This document shows, one piece after another, positions 19,674 through 30,232 of a DNA stretch of 64,000 bases (within the stretch, counting starts at the first letter, position 1; the number at the start of each line of letters is the position of its first letter). A program made the position numbers and the translations under genes. The stretch comes from Escherichia phage vB_EcoM_G10400, in the sequence record MK327937.1. The stretch is one strand, 5' to 3'. The notes below the pieces were generated by a model. The model ran no database searches. It was not told where the DNA came from and was given only the letters and a program-made list of their open reading frames with translations.

Positions 19674-21100
19674 TAAAATTTTAATTCATTCGCCAAAGCA
19701 TCTAACTGAGCTCGAGTGGATTCATTTCTTTGATAGCGATTCTGCTCAGCCTGAATCTGTTGTGAACCTGCTACTTCGTTCACTTCAGTTGGAGTAGAAT
19801 CTTGTTCAATTTCTACCCATTTCTGATTTCCCTTTTGAACACCCATCAAAAACTTATTCCACTTATTCTTATCGCCATATCGTGATTTGATTTGCTTAAT
19901 GAGTTGTTGTTCAGCAGCTGCTAGCTCCTCGGTTTCAATGACCGCAAGCATAAAATCAGCTGTTGCTGGAAGACCGGCAGATTCTGCGATATCACTCATG
20001 TTAACATCAGAAGAATCCCAAGCTTGTTTACCAACCTGTGCTGCAGTCCAAAGAACAGTTTCGGTTTCAACAGCCAGAGCACGCAATTCCTCTGCAATAG
20101 CTTTAACAGTTGTGTAACTATTTTCTGAATAAACTCTAATGCGGCAAGATTTACAAATACCTAGATAGTCGACAATAATGATTGTTGGAACAAAATTCTT
20201 CTTGAGCTTCAATTCGTTTAAAAGTGATCGAAATGTATTAGCATCTGCTCCACCGGTAGGATACTGTTTAACGATTAAACGACCGAGAGTAGATTTCTCA
20301 CGCCATTTTTCCATTTTTCCTTTATACTCAGCGTAAGAAATATGCCCATCATCAATGTCATCAAGAGAAACATCAAGCATATTAGCATCAATACGCTTAG
20401 CACAGACTTCTTCTGCCATTTCCATGGAAATGTAAAGAACGTTATGACCAAGCTGCAAATAATCTGCTGCCAATGAACACAATCCTAATGACTTACCAAC
20501 GTTAACGCCAGCCATTAAAACGTTCAGTGTTCCAGTCTCAGCTCCGCCTTTAGTAATTTTGTTTAGAATTCTGAGTTTAAATGGAACCTTACGAGCTTTA
20601 TTCATATAAGATAGCCAACGTGCTTCGTAGTCATCCATCCAGTCATGACCAACGTAGCTATCAAATGAAATTGATAATGCTTGCCGCATGATGTCAGGAA
20701 TAGCACCAACATCCGGCATTTTCTTATTTCGTTTTTCCGGAGGAAGCTCAGCATTAGTTTGAATTTCGATTATTTTAGACGTAGCATTAAACATCGCCCT
20801 TTGCTGAACATATTTTTCTGTTTCTTTTACTAACCAGCTGTGGTCTTCCGGAGAATCAGCCAGTTTTGAAATAAGTGTTTTTACACCAGAATATTCTGTT
20901 TCAGTAAATGAACTATTTTCTAATGCAACATTTAACGCATTAATAGATGGAACGCTATGATACTCATTAACATGAGATTTAATTAATTTGAATGTATTTT
21001 TAGCTGGACCACTTTCAAAATATTCTGAATCCATATATGGCCAAACTTTTGAAAAATAAGCTTGATCAAATATGAGATGAGAAAGAATAATTTCTACCAC
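19673..21100 (-). CDS. 41: replicative DNA helicase (DnaB-like)
   Basis: 475 aa; Walker A GVNVGKS; matches T4 gp41. Confidence 0.95.
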   Translation of the reverse strand: MVEIILSHLIFDQAYFSKVWPYMDSEYFESGPAKNTFKLIKSHVNEYHSVPSINALNVALENSSFTETEYSGVKTLISKLADSPEDHSWLVKETEKYVQQRAMFNATSKIIEIQTNAELPPEKRNKKMPDVGAIPDIMRQALSISFDSYVGHDWMDDYEARWLSYMNKARKVPFKLRILNKITKGGAETGTLNVLMAGVNVGKSLGLCSLAADYLQLGHNVLYISMEMAEEVCAKRIDANMLDVSLDDIDDGHISYAEYKGKMEKWREKSTLGRLIVKQYPTGGADANTFRSLLNELKLKKNFVPTIIIVDYLGICKSCRIRVYSENSYTTVKAIAEELRALAVETETVLWTAAQVGKQAWDSSDVNMSDIAESAGLPATADFMLAVIETEELAAAEQQLIKQIKSRYGDKNKWNKFLMGVQKGNQKWVEIEQDSTPTEVNEVAGSQQIQAEQNRYQRNESTRAQLDALANELKF

Positions 21101-21109
21101 ACTTACTCC

Positions 21110-21460
21110 TTAAAAGAATTTAAATTTTTTCTTTGACCTTTTATTAAATGCATCTTGTAGTTGCATTGTAATACATTTTTCTACATGAGGAGCTAACTCA
21201 GCTTTTCTTTCTTGGTCAAGAACAGCAAAGTCCATTACAACCTTTCCATCAACCCAATCCAGTTTAGTTACATACACTATATGTGTAGAACCATCTTCTA
21301 GTTTAATGACAATCTCCTGGATAACATTTTCCATAGCGGATTTAATTATCTTAAGAGACTCATTAAAAAGACGTTCTTTTCTTTCTTCTTCCCCCTCCGA
21401 AGAGGGGGATTCATCGATAATTTCTAGATCTAAATCTAAATCTAAATCATCTTTATTCAT
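21110..21460 (-). CDS. 40: gp40-like protein (head vertex assembly chaperone)
   Basis: 116 aa from ATG 21460 (track start GTG); acidic DLDLDLDL repeat; position between uvsX and 41. Confidence 0.5.
   Translation of the reverse strand: MNKDDLDLDLDLEIIDESPSSEGEEERKERLFNESLKIIKSAMENVIQEIVIKLEDGSTHIVYVTKLDWVDGKVVMDFAVLDQERKAELAPHVEKCITMQLQDAFNKRSKKKFKFF
21424..21450. repeat. short tandem repeat (atctaa)n within gene 40
   Basis: ctagatctaaatctaaatctaaatc encoding DLDLDLDL. Confidence 0.6.
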
Positions 21461-22634
21461 TAAATTCTTCCATATCACTTAACTGTTCGAGGTCAGTTTC
21501 TAAATCAGCAGCTGATTTACTTTTACTTTCTGGAGATTTAAATTTTTCAACCTTTGAGTTAATCAATTCATCAACTTCAGCTTCAACAATTTCATTGCTA
21601 TCAATAGCACCTAACTGATAAGCACGTTTAATAGCATCTCGGAATGGTTGATGCTTAAATAAAGGACCCCAGAATGTAGTGCAGTTGGTATCTTTTGCAC
21701 GCCAAGATTTTTCTTCGCGAATCATCTCACCGGTTTCTTCATCAAGAAATTCACGAGCATACCAACCGTTCTTAGGTTTTACCACGAATCCTAATTCTAG
21801 AGCCATATCTAACAATCCAGAATAAGGATCGATACCACCATCAAATTTAACATCAATAAAGAATTTACTTTTTTCTTTAACGGTACGAGATTTTTCTACA
21901 TTTAGAACAAATTGATACCCCTGAAGATCAGAACCATCTTTAATCTGGCGTTTACCGATAATGAATACGGTATCAGCCGAATACATTACGCCTGTACCAC
22001 CTGTCATCACGGTTTTACTAAACATTTCAATTGTTTCAATTGTATGGTTAACCGCAACACATGGAATATTTTTAATGCTAAAATAAGGAGTAACAATACG
22101 GAATAATGACTTCAGTGATTTAGCACGAGTCATATCTGCCACAGATTTTTCATTCAAGGCATCTTCCGTTTCTTTCTTAGAAGCCATATTACCGATTGAG
22201 TCGATGAATACAATAACCTTTTCACCGCGCTCAATAGCTTCAAGCTGGTTCACCATATCAATTTTCAGCTGTTCAACTGACTGGATTGGCGTATGAATTA
22301 CTCGTTCCGGGTCAACTCCCATGGATCGCAAATAAGCTGGAGTAATACCAAATTCGCTATCATAGAATAGACAAACCGCGTCAGGATATTTGTTCAAATA
22401 TGCCGCAACCATAGTCAAAGACATATTTGATTTAAAGTGTTTAGAAGGCCCTGCGAAAATAGTTAAACCAGACTGCATACCGCCATCAATCGCACCAGAA
22501 ATAGCAATATTAAGCATTGGGATTTTTGTACGAATTACATCCTTTTCATTAAAGAATTTAGATGTAGTCAGTTCAGCAGTCATTTTAGAAGTGGAAGCTT
22601 TAATCAAACGGGATTTTAAATCTGCAATAGACAT
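21453..22634 (-). CDS. uvsX: UvsX recombinase (RecA-like)
   Basis: 393 aa; RecA fold motifs; C-terminus matches T4 UvsX, N-terminal third diverged. Confidence 0.95.
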   Translation of the reverse strand: MSIADLKSRLIKASTSKMTAELTTSKFFNEKDVIRTKIPMLNIAISGAIDGGMQSGLTIFAGPSKHFKSNMSLTMVAAYLNKYPDAVCLFYDSEFGITPAYLRSMGVDPERVIHTPIQSVEQLKIDMVNQLEAIERGEKVIVFIDSIGNMASKKETEDALNEKSVADMTRAKSLKSLFRIVTPYFSIKNIPCVAVNHTIETIEMFSKTVMTGGTGVMYSADTVFIIGKRQIKDGSDLQGYQFVLNVEKSRTVKEKSKFFIDVKFDGGIDPYSGLLDMALELGFVVKPKNGWYAREFLDEETGEMIREEKSWRAKDTNCTTFWGPLFKHQPFRDAIKRAYQLGAIDSNEIVEAEVDELINSKVEKFKSPESKSKSAADLETDLEQLSDMEEFNE

Positions 22635-22711
22635 TCATTTTTTCCATAGGCATCATTATATTTTCCTCACTGGTTAAAGATAGAGTAATTATAACACAAT
22701 AAATTTAGGCA

Positions 22712-23560
22712 TTAATCAACTGCTATCGGATGAATAGCATTAAACTTATGAAATGCTTCTGATTTTTCTTTACGAGAAACACACATGCGAAGAACCTTTA
22801 ATGGCTCGTCTTCTTCACCCAACGATTTTCGTTTTTCAATATTAGAAGTTTTCCAACGAGCTTGCTCTGGAAACTCTCTATTGATTTGCTCAAGCGCTCT
22901 ATTATGTTTAGAATTACTACGAATTGAACTGCACCCGCCAGGAGCTTGTGCTTTTCCAGATACAACCAGATATTTGAACAAGGCCAAATGCGGATAACCT
23001 TGATTAATTAAATTGAGAAATGCATACATATCTTCACATAAATCAATTTTTCCATACCCAATTTGTTCTGTCGTAAGTTTTCCGAGGTCATACCATGTAT
23101 TCGTGAATCCATATGAATTTTCACGATAATTACCCCAAGATGAAGTAATTTTAAAAATAGGTAGACGAGCATGGCCATGATAATACCCACAATCCATGGC
23201 ATCCTCAACATATTGAATCAATTCATAGAACTGTTCACGAGTCAATTGATTGACTTTATCCACACAACGACGATCATCTCTTTTTCGCATTGAACTCATA
23301 CGAATAGTAGTATCATCGTCAATCATCCAGATTCGTTGACCTGCATACATGTCAGTAATTGCTTTACGAGTACCGGCAATTCCGTTTACATCATCAGGAA
23401 TAGTTATAATTTTAGCTCTAGACCCATAGGCATCATAATAAGCTTTTTCTTCGTGTTCACGCACTACAATATGTGGTTCATAATCAGTCGGAAACATATC
23501 AAGGGCAGAAACTGCCCCTACACGTTGATAGCTTGGAATTACGAATTGAATCATTTCCAC
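22712..23560 (-). CDS. putative GT-A glycosyltransferase at the beta-gt locus (possibly beta-glucosyl-HMC-alpha-glucosyltransferase type)
   Basis: 282 aa; DxD motif WMIDDDTT; occupies position of T4 beta-gt (351 aa) but is a different size. Confidence 0.5.
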   Translation of the reverse strand: MEMIQFVIPSYQRVGAVSALDMFPTDYEPHIVVREHEEKAYYDAYGSRAKIITIPDDVNGIAGTRKAITDMYAGQRIWMIDDDTTIRMSSMRKRDDRRCVDKVNQLTREQFYELIQYVEDAMDCGYYHGHARLPIFKITSSWGNYRENSYGFTNTWYDLGKLTTEQIGYGKIDLCEDMYAFLNLINQGYPHLALFKYLVVSGKAQAPGGCSSIRSNSKHNRALEQINREFPEQARWKTSNIEKRKSLGEEDEPLKVLRMCVSRKEKSEAFHKFNAIHPIAVD

Positions 23561-24291
23561 TCACCGTTATAATCTTTTTTCACAATATGAGTTTCGCCAG
23601 TATTCCACCAATGATCAACCAAGTAAAAATGACGAGAATATACATGAAGACTTCCAACATTCCATATAATAGAACCTGCTTTATACTGACGAGTTGAATC
23701 GCCTGCATTCAAATCAGATACTAATTTATCTAATACGTATTTTTGCCATGCATAATCATTACGGAATCCGAAGACCACGTCATTTGAACGCATGTTAACC
23801 ACTGCATTGACTTTCTTATCACGAATCAGGTACTGTACTGTATTAGTACACATGAAATCTGACATGCCATCTTTATTGTAGTCAAACTGCATGGATGGAC
23901 GAGTATAAATCATGATACCGCGGCGAGAATCAGGATTTTGACCAAGTTCAGCTAAACACATATCATATTGGGCATAGTTATCTTCTGACCAGATGGCCCA
24001 ACCATAATTCGAGTTAATTTCGCCTTTAGAAGATGCTACCTGCTGCCAAATCTTTGGTGTTTCACCTGGAATATCTTTAACAAACAAACTTTGAGACTTA
24101 TACCATTCAAGTTCACGCTGAATGTATTCATCATTAAGAGCGCCAAAAATAAAAGGTTCATCTGCTACAAATGATGCACCAATAATTTCAATAGTTTTAA
24201 CACCGGTTTTATCAATTACGAAATCTTTTTCCTTTAATGCAAGACCCAAATCAAGACGGATTTCTTCAACTGTCATATAATCGTTAATCAT
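23551..24291 (-). CDS. 42: dCMP hydroxymethylase
   Basis: 246 aa; thymidylate-synthase-like; near-identical to T4 gp42 as recalled. Confidence 0.95.
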   Translation of the reverse strand: MINDYMTVEEIRLDLGLALKEKDFVIDKTGVKTIEIIGASFVADEPFIFGALNDEYIQRELEWYKSQSLFVKDIPGETPKIWQQVASSKGEINSNYGWAIWSEDNYAQYDMCLAELGQNPDSRRGIMIYTRPSMQFDYNKDGMSDFMCTNTVQYLIRDKKVNAVVNMRSNDVVFGFRNDYAWQKYVLDKLVSDLNAGDSTRQYKAGSIIWNVGSLHVYSRHFYLVDHWWNTGETHIVKKDYNGEWK

Positions 24292-24298
24292 TTAAACC

Positions 24299-24448
24299 TC
24301 AATTGATGCATTCATATTTAACTTGTAACAGTAATAAACTCCACCCTATAATAAGCGTTGGAATCATACAAGGAACTGCTACGCTATAGTATATACTTAT
24401 TATAACCATCAAGATTAAAAGCAATGCTGCTATAATTTTGCTTTTCAT
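24299..24448 (-). CDS. hypothetical small membrane protein (imm.1-like)
   Basis: 49 aa hydrophobic hand-translated ORF, ATGA overlap with imm. Confidence 0.4.
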   Translation of the reverse strand: MKSKIIAALLLILMVIISIYYSVAVPCMIPTLIIGWSLLLLQVKYECIN

Positions 24449-24696
24449 TCCTTCTCTCTGATGATAATTACTTGATTTGGCTGTGCAGACTTTTTAGTTT
24501 CACCCGCAATTGACCAAATAAATGTAATAAACCAACCAATAATTGACCAGTTAAACAGTAAAGACGTGAAAAAGATTCCTACTGTAGATTTTGACCCACG
24601 CATCAAGGCGATAAACCACGGAAGCATGTATATAATAATAGCCAACACGCCTGAAACTAAAACCATAAAAATTGAACCTGCTACTAAAGTTTCCAT
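24445..24696 (-). CDS. imm: immunity (superinfection exclusion) membrane protein
   Basis: 83 aa, two TM segments; matches T4 Imm length. Confidence 0.85.
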   Translation of the reverse strand: METLVAGSIFMVLVSGVLAIIIYMLPWFIALMRGSKSTVGIFFTSLLFNWSIIGWFITFIWSIAGETKKSAQPNQVIIIREKE

Positions 24697-24703
24697 CTTT
24701 TCC

Positions 24704-25084
24704 TCACTTAGTCAAATTTTTTACGCATGAATTATAAGAATTCACTACATACTCCATCGGAGCATTTTTACCAGTACGCCATTGGTAATTATTAGCCCAA
24801 TTAGCCCAAAGCTCGGCGCAGTAGTTTTCAATTTTTTCTTCGCGTGTAATTACATCTGAATTACGATATGCTTGAGCAGATTCATCTGGACGAATAGCTT
24901 CGTCAAAATTCGCCTGCATTTGTTCTACTGTTTGCTTTGGAGCTTCTTTATAACACTTGACATTAGGATTATAAAATTTGCTTGAACAGTTTACAATTTT
25001 TCCTGCATCAGACTGATTTACTACCGGTCCTTGAGCTACACAACCAGTAAGACCTAATGCAATAACCAAAATAGCGATTTTCAT
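24704..25084 (-). CDS. putative lipoprotein
   Basis: 126 aa; signal peptide with lipobox LTGC. Confidence 0.6.
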   Translation of the reverse strand: MKIAILVIALGLTGCVAQGPVVNQSDAGKIVNCSSKFYNPNVKCYKEAPKQTVEQMQANFDEAIRPDESAQAYRNSDVITREEKIENYCAELWANWANNYQWRTGKNAPMEYVVNSYNSCVKNLTK

Positions 25085-25094
25085 AATAATTTCC

Positions 25095-25331
25095 TCAAAT
25101 GCAAGTAGTAATTACTCCAGTAGTGCTTATACAGGTATTACCCATTTGCACACCTAAAGATCCATTTGTATTCACATGAAGATTATCATCAATTTTAACT
25201 GATATTTTACCATTAGTGTGAATAACGGTGCTAGATTCAATCACAGGTTGAGTATCATTTTCAACACTAACAAATGGAACTGCTGCTAATGCAACTAAAC
25301 AAACTGCTAAGCATCCCATAACAATTTTCAT
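25095..25331 (-). CDS. putative secreted small protein
   Basis: 78 aa from ATG 25331 (track start is TTG upstream of promoter); signal peptide. Confidence 0.55.
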   Translation of the reverse strand: MKIVMGCLAVCLVALAAVPFVSVENDTQPVIESSTVIHTNGKISVKIDDNLHVNTNGSLGVQMGNTCISTTGVITTCI

Positions 25332-25365
25332 TTTATTCTCCAAATCCGTATTAGTTGATAGTTGT

Positions 25366-25395
25366 ATAGTACCATGGAAGAACAGTCTTGTAAAC
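25366..25395 (-). promoter_or_regulatory. early promoter
   Basis: minus strand gtttacaagactgttcttccatggtactat. Confidence 0.55.
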
Positions 25396-25475
25396 AGTTT
25401 TGTGAAAATTTTTTAGGGAATTCTAAAGGTCCAGAACCATCTGTTTTTCATAAGTATAGATTTATATTACTTGTA

Positions 25476-25499
25476 TGAAAAAGGGACCCGGAGGTCCCT
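25476..25499 (-). terminator. intrinsic terminator + U-run
   Basis: agggacc-cgga-ggtccct followed by U5 on minus strand, downstream of gene 43. Confidence 0.7.
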
Positions 25500-25511
25500 A
25501 GATTTATTCTA

Positions 25512-28208
25512 TCAGCCAAACAGGAAGTCTAACGAAGCTTTTTCTTCATAGTCCATACCAGCCGATTCACACATACCCGCAAGCGGTTTAACAAACGATT
25601 TTTGGAACAAAGTTGAGTAGTCAATCCAAGACAGTACGTCAGAACGAATTTCTTTTGGAAGTTCTGTTCCCGACGGCCAAGCAATGCACTTGTCACCAAA
25701 TGGATTTCCTTCACGCAATGGAAGGACCATTACTTTATTTCCATCCAAAATTGGAGCTACACCTAAACCGCTAACAGCTCGACGATAAGTTAGCACACCA
25801 CGAATATGGAACGGACATTTAAATCCTGGCCAACCTTTATCATCATATTTCGCTATATCGTTCGCAGTTTTTACTTCAGCAATAACTTTATAGTCAAGTT
25901 GACGATATTCTTTCTCGAAGTTCTTGTAATATTCTTGGACAGACTCTTCACCTTCCTGAAGAATACGACGAATACTTTCTTCGAGAGCTTCTTGGACCGC
26001 TTTAGGCGTTGAACTCTGCTGAGTTTCCATACCCATGATTTTTAGATGTGGTTCAGCAAAACGCTTATCTTCCATATCATAAACGTTCAGAGCATAACGC
26101 TTTTTCGCTTTCCAAAATCCACCAACGCCCTTTGAACCAAGTGGAGGGCAAGAAATAGCTTCACGGTCCATATGCATCAGATGCTCGCGGTTATTCATAT
26201 AATCACATAACTCACGATATGCAACATCAATCATAGGTTCCATCTTTTTCTTACCGAACTGATTCATGAATTCAACTAAATCGTTCTGCTCTTTGAATCG
26301 GTCAAGACCAACTTTTTCAATAACTTTATCTACACAAACATATACCGAATCAGTATCACCTGCTGCAATGAAATCTTCGCCATTAGTTCCGCATACTTTA
26401 TTCAGATATTCATTAATTTTACGAGCAATCCACTGAATACCAACTTGGCCGAAAATTGTGATAGCAGTAGCATTTCGCAAATCATAGTAACGGAAATGAA
26501 TATTACCAAGAGCACCATAAAGACTGTTAATAAGAATTTTACGGTTCAGCTGATTTGTGTTAGCAAGTGTAGCCGCTTTTTCACATTCTTCAATCAAACT
26601 ATTGAGAACAGATTCAGTATAATTCGATAGTTCATTTAAGAAATCATCACTGAACTTAACATATCGTTCAACTTCTGGTTTAGTTGAACAAGACCCTGCG
26701 CCTTTCATAATAATCTTTTTAATAGCTTCGGCATTCATTTCTTCAGCGAACATTTTCTTTTTCCAATCTTTACGCTGGAAAAATACTTTAGCGATTTCCT
26801 TTGGAATGATACCTTCTTGATGCTTATCGTACATCCATCCATTCGGAGAACAAGAATATTCATCACTCGGTTTAGGAGCTGTTCCTGCGATATATTCATG
26901 AATTGGATGAACTTTAAACTGACCACGAATAGTCTCAGGACTAATGTTAACCTGACGAATAATGCTCGGATACAGAGACGTCAAGTCAAAACTCATAATA
27001 TATCGACGAGCAATTGGTTTAGGTTCAAATACGAATGCACCCGGAAAACTCTGTTTAACGTGCGAACCTTGTTGAGGAATAACCTTATGTTCACCTTTCA
27101 ATGAGTTAAAAATAATGGCATCCCAAGTTTTAATAGGACTCATTACACCAGAAAAAGGCATTTTAGCGTAATAAGACATACTTAAAACTAGATCGATAAA
27201 CCCGCGAATTTTATCAATTGCTTGAACTGATTCTACGTCAATGATGTTATAACTAATGTATCGTTGATGATTAGTCTCACGGAGTTTATTAATAGGACCG
27301 TCGTATGGTAATTTACCTTTTTTGGTTTCATGTTGAGCAACTGATTCCAAAGAGAATGACGGCAAATTAGTAAAAGCGAATTTCTTGTACAAATCTAAAT
27401 AATCAAGAATAGATACGCCATCAATAGAATAAATTTCTTTGCTACCGTACATATTTTGAATTAGTTTAGATTTTACCCGACCGATTGGAGAGAAACGTTT
27501 CATACTGCGTTCACCTAGAATCATTTTAACGCGATTCATGATATACGGAACGTCAAATCCCTCAATATTCCAACCAGTAAAAATAGCAGGTCGTTTCTGT
27601 TCCCAGAGATTGATATATTCCATGAGCATATCACGCTCATTATCAAATGGCATATAAATTACTCGGTCAAGAATTTCTTGAGGAACTTCATCGCCACCTT
27701 CACAGTCAAGCTTAGCAGCTAACTTTGCATCCCATTTTGATACTGAACCGTACATTGAATTCAAAAGGTCGAAAACATAAAAACGGTCATCAATTGAATC
27801 GTAATGAGTGATAGCATCAATTTCATATTCAGCTTTCATTGGGTCAGGAAATTTATCACCAGTAACCTCAATGTCACAGTTAGCTACACGAACAAATTTT
27901 CGGTCATAAACAATTTCTGAACCATACGTATCACTGATATAAGCGAGTTTAAAATCGTTCATACCGAGAGCTTCGAGACCGATGTCTTCCATTCGCTTCA
28001 TCCAATCTCGAGCATCTTTCATTGATGGAAATTTTTGAGGAGCGCAATTTTTACCATAAATGTCTTTGTATTTTGACTCTTCCTTACAATGCCTAAACAT
28101 AGTCGGAAGATATTCTACTTCACGAGTACGTTCCTTTCCGTTTTCATCAATATAACGTTCAACAATGTTATTTCCGACTGTTTCAATAGAGATATAAAAT
28201 TCTTTCAT
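25512..28208 (-). CDS. 43: DNA polymerase (family B) with 3'-5' exonuclease
   Basis: 898 aa; DTDS and exonuclease motifs; matches T4 gp43 length. Confidence 0.97.
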   Translation of the reverse strand: MKEFYISIETVGNNIVERYIDENGKERTREVEYLPTMFRHCKEESKYKDIYGKNCAPQKFPSMKDARDWMKRMEDIGLEALGMNDFKLAYISDTYGSEIVYDRKFVRVANCDIEVTGDKFPDPMKAEYEIDAITHYDSIDDRFYVFDLLNSMYGSVSKWDAKLAAKLDCEGGDEVPQEILDRVIYMPFDNERDMLMEYINLWEQKRPAIFTGWNIEGFDVPYIMNRVKMILGERSMKRFSPIGRVKSKLIQNMYGSKEIYSIDGVSILDYLDLYKKFAFTNLPSFSLESVAQHETKKGKLPYDGPINKLRETNHQRYISYNIIDVESVQAIDKIRGFIDLVLSMSYYAKMPFSGVMSPIKTWDAIIFNSLKGEHKVIPQQGSHVKQSFPGAFVFEPKPIARRYIMSFDLTSLYPSIIRQVNISPETIRGQFKVHPIHEYIAGTAPKPSDEYSCSPNGWMYDKHQEGIIPKEIAKVFFQRKDWKKKMFAEEMNAEAIKKIIMKGAGSCSTKPEVERYVKFSDDFLNELSNYTESVLNSLIEECEKAATLANTNQLNRKILINSLYGALGNIHFRYYDLRNATAITIFGQVGIQWIARKINEYLNKVCGTNGEDFIAAGDTDSVYVCVDKVIEKVGLDRFKEQNDLVEFMNQFGKKKMEPMIDVAYRELCDYMNNREHLMHMDREAISCPPLGSKGVGGFWKAKKRYALNVYDMEDKRFAEPHLKIMGMETQQSSTPKAVQEALEESIRRILQEGEESVQEYYKNFEKEYRQLDYKVIAEVKTANDIAKYDDKGWPGFKCPFHIRGVLTYRRAVSGLGVAPILDGNKVMVLPLREGNPFGDKCIAWPSGTELPKEIRSDVLSWIDYSTLFQKSFVKPLAGMCESAGMDYEEKASLDFLFG

Positions 28209-28265
28209 AGATATTCCTTAGTTTATAGCCCGAGTTATTAGGCTCTTGATATATTATACTCCAAT

Positions 28266-28285
28266 TAAGGGGCCGAAGCCCCTTG
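28266..28285 (-). terminator. tetraloop hairpin terminator
   Basis: aaggggccgaagcccctt downstream of regA. Confidence 0.55.
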
Positions 28286-28286
28286 C

Positions 28287-28655
28287 TTAATTACCAATCG
28301 TATATTTAGGAACGAGTTTCCATTCATGTTTTTGTTTAAAAGAAATAACTCGGAAGTTATTAGTTAAATCTTTCATAAAAGTTCTTTGACCAGGAACGAT
28401 TTCAATCAGTCCCCAATCTTCTAATAGCCATGCAATCGAATCACGACGAACTTCATCTTCTTCTGTCATTTCAACTTGGCGACCATCCATACGAAGCATT
28501 TCTTTAAAATGAACGATATAGTATAGTCCTTTTTTCTGAAGAATATGACAGGACTGATACAGAACTTTATCTTTATTATTAGCAATTCCCATACGAGTCA
28601 AAGTTTCTTTTACTTTCAGAAAATCTTCAGGTTTTTTAAGAGTAATTTCAATCAT
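28287..28655 (-). CDS. regA: translational repressor RegA
   Basis: 122 aa; matches T4 RegA. Confidence 0.9.
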   Translation of the reverse strand: MIEITLKKPEDFLKVKETLTRMGIANNKDKVLYQSCHILQKKGLYYIVHFKEMLRMDGRQVEMTEEDEVRRDSIAWLLEDWGLIEIVPGQRTFMKDLTNNFRVISFKQKHEWKLVPKYTIGN

Positions 28656-28656
28656 T

Positions 28657-29220
28657 TTACCATTCCAATGCTAGTTTTTTGAGTTGTTTCTGTTCTTTTA
28701 CGTTCTTAGTCACTTCTTTCAAAAAATCATCCGTGACTAATCCTTTAAGTTCTTTTAATACTAAAGGTAGTTTTCCATTTTTAGTAAGAATTGATTTATA
28801 GTTAATTGCATCATTTGTATTAACTTGATACCGCTTAGCAAGTAACTTAATAATCAATACTTCGGTGGAATCTTCAACCAGTTTTGCCCATTTACCATAT
28901 CTTTTACCACGAGGAACTGCAGCCATTAGATAATTAAAATGAGCTTCATCACTTAAGCCTGATCCAATTAAATTCATAGCATATACAGCTGGCATGCATT
29001 CTGGAAATTGTGATAATGCATTTTCAACCATGAATTTTGAATAATCTTTTTGAGCAATAGAGCATTTAGTTTTATTATTGATAGCTCCAATTATTTCAAA
29101 AAATTCATTTTCGGCTTTTTCTTTAAAAGAATCAGCAGCGGATTGGACAGCTGTCCAATCTTTTGAATACCAAGCAATCTGATGCTCGTTTAATTGAATA
29201 TCATCTTCAAATAAGCTCAT
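28657..29220 (-). CDS. 62: clamp loader small subunit
   Basis: 187 aa; matches T4 gp62. Confidence 0.9.
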   Translation of the reverse strand: MSLFEDDIQLNEHQIAWYSKDWTAVQSAADSFKEKAENEFFEIIGAINNKTKCSIAQKDYSKFMVENALSQFPECMPAVYAMNLIGSGLSDEAHFNYLMAAVPRGKRYGKWAKLVEDSTEVLIIKLLAKRYQVNTNDAINYKSILTKNGKLPLVLKELKGLVTDDFLKEVTKNVKEQKQLKKLALEW

Positions 29221-29221
29221 A

Positions 29222-30181
29222 TCACTTCCACTGCATTTCGCACGCTAATTGAATGAAAAGATATGCTAAATGTAATTCCGTATTAGCCGCAATTCCATGA
29301 TACTGATTATTTTCGCCAACAATTTCGTACATGCGAATAATACTCTGTGGAGTTACACGTGAATAGATTTCTTCGGCAAGTTTACCCACGAACCACGAAT
29401 AATCAGCTGCATATTTTGGTGCTAAAGCTCTGAGTTGTTTAACATCTTTATTTTTGAGAGACTCAAGAACATCATCAATAGCACCACGATCGTTAGTAAC
29501 CAGTGATAAAATACCAGCATCCAAAACACCTTTAGATGAATAACTATCGAGCTCGCCAATAGTTTTACGAAAATCAGGAAAATTCTTTTTAACCAAAGCT
29601 GCTACAACTTTCATATCAGCTATAGCAATTCCTTCATGCTTACAGATTTCAGTCAATCGACGAATCATCTGCTTCATCATTTCAATTTTATCTTCATCGG
29701 TCGGTTGACCGAACGTAATAACTCGGCAGCGTGACTGAAGTGGTTTAATAATACCATCAATATTATTAGCAGTAATAATAATACTACAGTTTGAACTATA
29801 AGCTTCCATAAAGGAACGAAGATGTCGCTGAGACTCTGCTAATCCTGAGCGGTCAAATTCATCAATAACGATTACTTTTTGACGACCATCAAATGAAGCG
29901 GCGCTGGCAAAATTAGTCAAAGGACCGCGAACGAAATCAATTTTACAATCTGATCCATTCACAAACATCATATCAGCATTTACATCATGACACAATGCTT
30001 TTGCTACAGTTGTTTTACCTGTTCCTGGAGAAGGAGAATGAAGAATAATATGTGGAATCTTACCTTTACTTGTAATAGATTTAAAGGTTTCTTTATCAAA
30101 GGCGGGAAGAATACATTCATCGATAGTAGATGGACGATATTTCTGTTCAAGAATGTGTTCTTTTTCATTTACGGTAATCAT
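29222..30181 (-). CDS. 44: clamp loader ATPase subunit
   Basis: 319 aa from ATG 30181 with GAGGA RBS (track start TTG); Walker A SPGTGKTT. Confidence 0.93.
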
Positions 30182-30211
30182 AATTTCCTCATTCAAGTTT
30201 TAGTGTAAATT

Positions 30212-30231
30212 ATAAAGGGCCGAAGCCCTCT
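30212..30231 (-). terminator. tetraloop hairpin terminator
   Basis: agggccgaagccct downstream of gene 45. Confidence 0.55.
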
Positions 30232-30232
30232 A

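Noticed and set aside
25529-26926. Short minus-strand alternate-frame ORFs inside gene 43 (25529..25714, 26735..26926), and similar ones inside the 282-aa GT, gene 46, the NTase-fold gene and others (23008..23211, 33633..33896, 52631..52825, 61795..62010, 62458..62640)
   Set aside because: Fully nested in other frames of confidently identified genes
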